From Promethearchaeia archaeon (GTDB taxonomy: Archaea > Asgardarchaeota > Lokiarchaeia > Sigyniarchaeales > SOKP01): a DNA stretch of 32,000 bases. The notes under the pieces were generated by a model. That model was not told where the DNA came from. It worked only from the letters and a program-made list of their open reading frames with translations, and did not search any database. The DNA is taken from the NCBI GenBank assembly GCA_046497275.1, contig JAWOFX010000007.1, forward strand, positions 30,001 through 62,000. The letters are read 5' to 3'. The stretch's first letter is position 1. Every line of letters starts with the position of its first letter. This document shows, in pieces, positions 27,633 through 32,000 of the stretch. Made by a program: the position numbers and the translations under genes.

Positions 27633-28733
27633 TTAAATAATTTCATAATTTATTGTCGTCGTTTCCATTAATGTTTCGATTAATATTTCAAGATGAGTTA
27701 AGTATTCATTTAAAGAAATTTCTCGTTCTTTATATTTTGAAATGAGATGCTTTACAATAAAAGAAGGAACAAATTTTATAAATCTTATATCAGTTAGGAG
27801 AAAGACCATTCCATTTGATTCGAAAATAAAGTGCTGAGCTAGCATATCATTAAATAGACCTTCATTATTATTCAAAATATTCAATGTCTTTTTAACTGAG
27901 AGACGGTTCTCTCTTAGGGTTTTAATTAAGTTTAAGACATTTTTATCAACTAGGAGATTAAGTATGGTATTCAAGTTATTTTCTTGAGTACTATCATAAG
28001 TGTTGAAAAATGTGATTAAAGCATTCTTATAATTATAAATAATTCGATTTCTAATCGATTCTTTAATATTTTCAAAAAAAGATGAGCTATTTTGGGGAGG
28101 TAACCTTGAACAAGTCAAATCTCTCATAAGAAAGTAGCAATCCATACTTCCAGGAATATTTTTTTTAAGTATAAGTTTTTCACGAATAAAAGCCATCAAT
28201 ATAAGATCAATATTTATGGTGGAAAACCCATATTCATGTTTTAAAATGTCTTTTAATTTATTCTTTGAAATTACTCCATTTCGTAAAATTTTTAGAATAG
28301 TAAATTTGATTTTATCTTTAAAAAAGGTTAATAAATTCTGTTCATTATCTAATTTTGAATAGTTCTTAATAGAATTGAAAGCTTCGGAGATTGCTCTGGT
28401 TATTTTATTGGTATTAATCAATTGAATAAGATTTTTAGAGATATTGGCTAAAATATCAGGATATTCAGTTATGATTGAATCAATGTTATCTTGCCCTTTA
28501 TAAACCAAAACCAAAAAATAGATCTCTCCCTCATATTTCTGAATTATCGAAATATATCTCTTATTTAAATTTTCAGGTACAAAATCAATCATCTTTTCTT
28601 CTTTATTGAGTTCATGTTTTGCCCAAATTTTGAGGAGAAGATCTTTGGATAGTGAATCCTCTTCTGGAGGATATTGAATTATTTGTTCAGGTCCAGTACT
28701 CTTATTCCAATAGATAATGGTGATTCGTTCCAT
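27633..28733 (-). CDS. Putative longin/uDENN-like domain + two winged-helix repeats (NPRL2-like architecture)
   Basis: N-terminal IIYWNKSTGPEQIIQYP; internal repeat DKxxxx(I/L)(L/I)KxLR...S...FL(M/L)xD...P at about aa 140-213 and 263-323. The CDS is well supported; the fold assignment is inference. Confidence 0.5.
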   Translation of the reverse strand: MERITIIYWNKSTGPEQIIQYPPEEDSLSKDLLLKIWAKHELNKEEKMIDFVPENLNKRYISIIQKYEGEIYFLVLVYKGQDNIDSIITEYPDILANISKNLIQLINTNKITRAISEAFNSIKNYSKLDNEQNLLTFFKDKIKFTILKILRNGVISKNKLKDILKHEYGFSTINIDLILMAFIREKLILKKNIPGSMDCYFLMRDLTCSRLPPQNSSSFFENIKESIRNRIIYNYKNALITFFNTYDSTQENNLNTILNLLVDKNVLNLIKTLRENRLSVKKTLNILNNNEGLFNDMLAQHFIFESNGMVFLLTDIRFIKFVPSFIVKHLISKYKEREISLNEYLTHLEILIETLMETTTINYEII

Positions 28734-28770
28734 TTACTTAAAGAATAGTATTGAAGATTATCTTTTAAAT

Positions 28771-29700
28771 TTAGTGTGTTAGATCTTGAGTATTTCGATT
28801 AATTAAGATTATTGAAATTATTACTAAGATAATAGAAATCAATAAAATTAAAGTTGGAGTTTCAGAGAGAATAAAAAAAGAGAGTATTGTAGCAAAGATT
28901 GGCTTAAAAAAGGCTAGAGACATTCCTTTTGAAACTTCCATCCTATTAATACCTTCAAATAAAAGCCAAATACCTAAACCTGTAGATATGATTCCCAAAA
29001 ATATAATCCAAAACCATTCATAACCAGAATAATTAAAAAAGGTTTTTACTTCTGGTGAAAAAGGCAATATCACGGAAATTGTGATGCAAGCAAAAAACGA
29101 AGATAACATACTATATTTCAGAGCACAATTGGAGATATCTGGTTCAGATTGCTGTATTTTTTTTCCAAGTACAGAATATAAACTCCAGATAATAGAACCA
29201 ATTAAGACAAGAAAATTCCCTAATAAATATTCAAGGGAGAAGAATCCAGAAAAATTAAAATGAGTCATTAATATTGAAATTCCAGCGATTCCAATAGCAA
29301 TTCCAACAAATTTATACTTTAAATTATCTTTTTCATTCAAGAGAAATATAGAATAAATAGTTATCCAAATTGGATATGTTGTATAAATAGTTGCAGCTAT
29401 ATTCGCTTGAGTAAATGTGATACCGAGAAAATAGATTACATTGGAAAATCCAAACGCAAAACAACTTGAGATTAAAAATAGCCCCAAATTATTTTTGATG
29501 ATTAAAAATAAACCCTTAAAATCTCTTTTAATTGATAATATTAATAATAAAAAAATCCCTCCAATAGAGAATCTAAAAAAGGAAAGCGAGATAGGTCCCA
29601 CAGCATTATTCAGTAATTTAACAATGACTTCACTGAAAGACCAGGTGAATACTGCTAGAATCATTATAGAATATCCTTGATATTTCTTTTGCTCGGTCAT
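28771..29700 (-). CDS. EamA/DMT-family transporter
   Basis: TWSFS, FFRF, TTYPIW, GNFLVLIGSIIWSLYSVLGK, FFKPIFA; about 10 TM helices. Confidence 0.9.
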   Translation of the reverse strand: MTEQKKYQGYSIMILAVFTWSFSEVIVKLLNNAVGPISLSFFRFSIGGIFLLLILSIKRDFKGLFLIIKNNLGLFLISSCFAFGFSNVIYFLGITFTQANIAATIYTTYPIWITIYSIFLLNEKDNLKYKFVGIAIGIAGISILMTHFNFSGFFSLEYLLGNFLVLIGSIIWSLYSVLGKKIQQSEPDISNCALKYSMLSSFFACITISVILPFSPEVKTFFNYSGYEWFWIIFLGIISTGLGIWLLFEGINRMEVSKGMSLAFFKPIFATILSFFILSETPTLILLISIILVIISIILINRNTQDLTH

Positions 29701-29734
29701 TCTTAATCTATCTCTTTGATTCGATTTGCGAAGT

Positions 29735-30580
29735 TTATTGCTTTTTATTTTTCAGTTTTTTACTCCAATATTTACTCGTTATATAATAAGCGATAAATAT
29801 AACACCTAAAACAATCGCAATAATTATAAGAATAAAATTGAATGATGCTGCTTGTGCTTCTATTTCGGAAAGAGGGAGGGATGAGAAATCAATAGGTAGT
29901 TCTAAACCAAAACTTGCACCTAAGACAGAATAAAAAAATGCCCGAGGAATACTTCCAACAAATGTTGCGAGAGTATATTTTTTTGAATCCAAATCTACTA
30001 TTCCACTCGCATAACTTATAGGATCAAATGCTATAAATGGGAGAAATCTTGCAACTAATACTGCTCCAAGACCGTACTTATGAATAAATTTATCCGCCAT
30101 ATTAATCGCTGTCTCTCCTACCAATTTTTCTGCTAATGGTCTACCTCCTCTTCTACTTATGTAATAACAGAGAATTCCAGCGGCAAGGGATCCAATAATT
30201 CCCATTATCCCTCCGATCCATAAACCCCATATCATCCCTGTGGCTAACAACACAACCTCAGATGGGATAGGTATGATTAAACCCTGCAATCCCATCACCG
30301 CAACAAATAAAAAAATACCCCATATCCCAATACTATAGATTGGATTTACAAACCAATCAATAACTAAGCGATAAAGGAATGTTTGATCAACAAATAGAAG
30401 AATATATACTAAATATAAAGATATTCCGACTAAAATTAACATAATAACCATATATATTATAGTTTTAGGATCATAGGAAGAGAAATCCACCAAATTTTTG
30501 AAATACTGTTTTATTTTATCTGAAAGGTTTCTCTTCTCGTTGGATGAATCCACTTCTTGATTTTCATTCATTCTTATCAA
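29735..30580 (-). CDS. TVP38/TMEM64 (VTT/DedA) family membrane protein
   Basis: LQGLIIPIPSEVV, G..WG, YYISRRGGR, ARFLPFIAFDPISYASG, TFVGSIP. Confidence 0.9.
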   Translation of the reverse strand: MIRMNENQEVDSSNEKRNLSDKIKQYFKNLVDFSSYDPKTIIYMVIMLILVGISLYLVYILLFVDQTFLYRLVIDWFVNPIYSIGIWGIFLFVAVMGLQGLIIPIPSEVVLLATGMIWGLWIGGIMGIIGSLAAGILCYYISRRGGRPLAEKLVGETAINMADKFIHKYGLGAVLVARFLPFIAFDPISYASGIVDLDSKKYTLATFVGSIPRAFFYSVLGASFGLELPIDFSSLPLSEIEAQAASFNFILIIIAIVLGVIFIAYYITSKYWSKKLKNKKQ

Positions 30581-30751
30581 TTGTTTAATATCAAATTAAG
30601 TAATATTGCAAATGTTTTTTATTATTAAAATTAATAGTTTAATCAATTTATTTCGCTTCGATTGTAATAATTGTTATATTTGATAAGGATTTTGCTATTA
30701 TTTGCCTCAAATAAACATGTTTATTTAGAGAGATAATTATACATTAATTTT

Positions 30752-31273
30752 TCAATCCTTTTTCAATATATAATTAACTATTGACTCAAAGGCTAAATTA
30801 ACATTCATTCCAGATTTAGAGGAGACTTTTATGTAATCTATCAATCCTAATTGCTCTTTTTTCTTATTCGCGAAAAGATCTCCGACGATAGAATATTCGG
30901 AAAGATCATATTTTGCAGCAATCAAAATAATCGGTATTTCTTCATTTGAAGTGTTTCTTTCTCTAAGAATTTTTACCCATTTATCGAGATTTACAAAACT
31001 GGTCATACTTGTAATATCAAATAATAAAAGTGCCCCGCTTGCTCCACGTAAATATTTATCAATCATAAAGAAAAATCTCTCTTGACCTGAAATGTCCCAT
31101 AAATTGAGCTGACAAATAGTCTCCTCAAATTTGATCTCTTTAACATAGAAATCTACGCCAATAGTCATCGTTGAAGTGTCTATAAACTCCCCGTTAATAT
31201 ATCGATGCAAGAGGGTTGTCTTTCCAACACTTCCATCCCCAATTACGACAACTTTAAGAGATATTTGATTCAT
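30752..31273 (-). CDS. Rab-like small GTPase
   Basis: G1 GDGSVGKT, MTIGVDF, WDISGQ, G4 AKYD (degenerate), VSSK. Start moved from 31330 to ATG 31273 (MNQISLKVVVIG). Confidence 0.9.
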   Translation of the reverse strand: MNQISLKVVVIGDGSVGKTTLLHRYINGEFIDTSTMTIGVDFYVKEIKFEETICQLNLWDISGQERFFFMIDKYLRGASGALLLFDITSMTSFVNLDKWVKILRERNTSNEEIPIILIAAKYDLSEYSIVGDLFANKKKEQLGLIDYIKVSSKSGMNVNLAFESIVNYILKKD

Positions 31274-31504
31274 ATTAACCAATATTAAATGCTTTCTTGA
31301 AGAAATGTAAAGATATAATATTGAATTCAACCTCTAAATAATTTTTTTTGATTTTCTAAATTGAAACAAAATTACATATTTGGATATTGAAATCTTTTTT
31401 ATTGATTTTTTAAAATCGAAAGAAATGTTATTCTAAAAATGATTTTATTTTAACATTTTCAAATTTTCTAAGTGCAAGTAAAAATATTCTATATAAGGAA
31501 AAAA

Positions 31505-32000
31505 TCAATATTTAATAATATAGGAAGCTTTAAGATAAGTTTCAACCAAAAGTATTTCAGTGTCAGATTCTGCCTTAATTAATATTTCATCTTCCACCTT
31601 GATCTTTGCTGAAGATAATTCAGTCATTTTAATATCATTTAATAATATTGGACCTCCTTCTAAAATATACAAATAAACCCCCCATTCTTTTTGAATTTGA
31701 TATGAAAGAGTTTTATTTGTCTCTAGAAAAGAGGAACAAACGATTGCATCAGAACGAATTGGTAAGGCATTATCATGGCTTTTAGAGACAATCGGTAATA
31801 ATATATTAGTTCTCTCACTTTTTTCCACCTTCATTTGCTCAACAGAAGGAGTAAGACCCAATTTCTCTGGATAAAACCACATCTGAATAAATCTCATCGG
31901 TTTATCTGGATTATTATTAATTTCAGAGTGATCCATTCCCGTTCCAATAGTAGTATGTTGAACCCAACCTTTTTTTAATATTCCTCCTTCTCCATTCTCA
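31505..32000 (-). CDS. Pirin-family protein, 3' part; start lies outside the window
   Basis: The frame stays open past the tracked ATG to the window edge: ENGEGGILKKGWVQHTTIGTGMDHSEIN...FIQMW, matching the pirin G.VQ...GTG..HSE.N...Q.W signature. Confidence 0.88.
   Translation of the reverse strand, partial: ENGEGGILKKGWVQHTTIGTGMDHSEINNNPDKPMRFIQMWFYPEKLGLTPSVEQMKVEKSERTNILLPIVSKSHDNALPIRSDAIVCSSFLETNKTLSYQIQKEWGVYLYILEGGPILLNDIKMTELSSAKIKVEDEILIKAESDTEILLVETYLKASYIIKY

Noticed and set aside
2006-29680. Many short tracked ORFs antisense to or overlapping long genes (e.g. 2006-2248, 2861-3097, 6680-6868, 12669-12989, 18379-18633, 22188-22619, 24181-24498, 27156-27503, 29441-29680)
   Set aside because: They are shadows of well-supported genes on the other strand or frame, with no recognisable motifs.
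1-32000. CRISPR array, tRNA/rRNA genes, transposases or prophage genes
   Set aside because: I saw no regularly spaced repeats, cloverleaf or rRNA signatures, or DDE/Y1/integrase/capsid motifs on reading; small degenerate elements could have been missed.

Overview
Very AT-rich, gene-dense archaeal-type chromosomal window. It is most likely from an Asgard archaeon (Lokiarchaeia/Promethearchaeota); this is inferred from two Rab-like GTPases, an MglA-like GTPase, a longin-like protein, archaeal homocysteine-synthesis genes and HdrBC. Left to right: partial YkgJ-type Cys-cluster gene; orphan N6-adenine methyltransferase; membrane-anchored arylsulfotransferase-like propeller; Rab-like GTPase; nucleotidyltransferase broken by one in-frame TAG; MBL hydrolase; GC-enriched stem-forming intergenic island; four tandem DUF1624/HGSNAT-like membrane acyltransferases; FAD oxidoreductase; second MBL hydrolase; 52-aa zinc-ribbon gene missed by the ORF track; PHP-like hydrolase; EamA; HTH-CBS regulator divergent from the aspartate-semialdehyde sulfurtransferase/NIL-ferredoxin pair; aldo/keto reductase; hdrCB; phytoene-desaturase-like enzyme; SDR; then MglA-like GTPase, 7-TM protein, longin-like + tandem winged-helix protein, EamA, TVP38/VTT protein, second Rab-like GTPase and a partial pirin. 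The best candidate for a new system is the right-hand cluster. There an MglA-like GTPase lacking its intrinsic Arg finger and any adjacent MglB lies two genes from an NPRL2-like (longin-WH-WH) protein. I recognised no tRNA, rRNA, CRISPR array or transposase. All family calls come from motif recognition by eye; no database searches were run.
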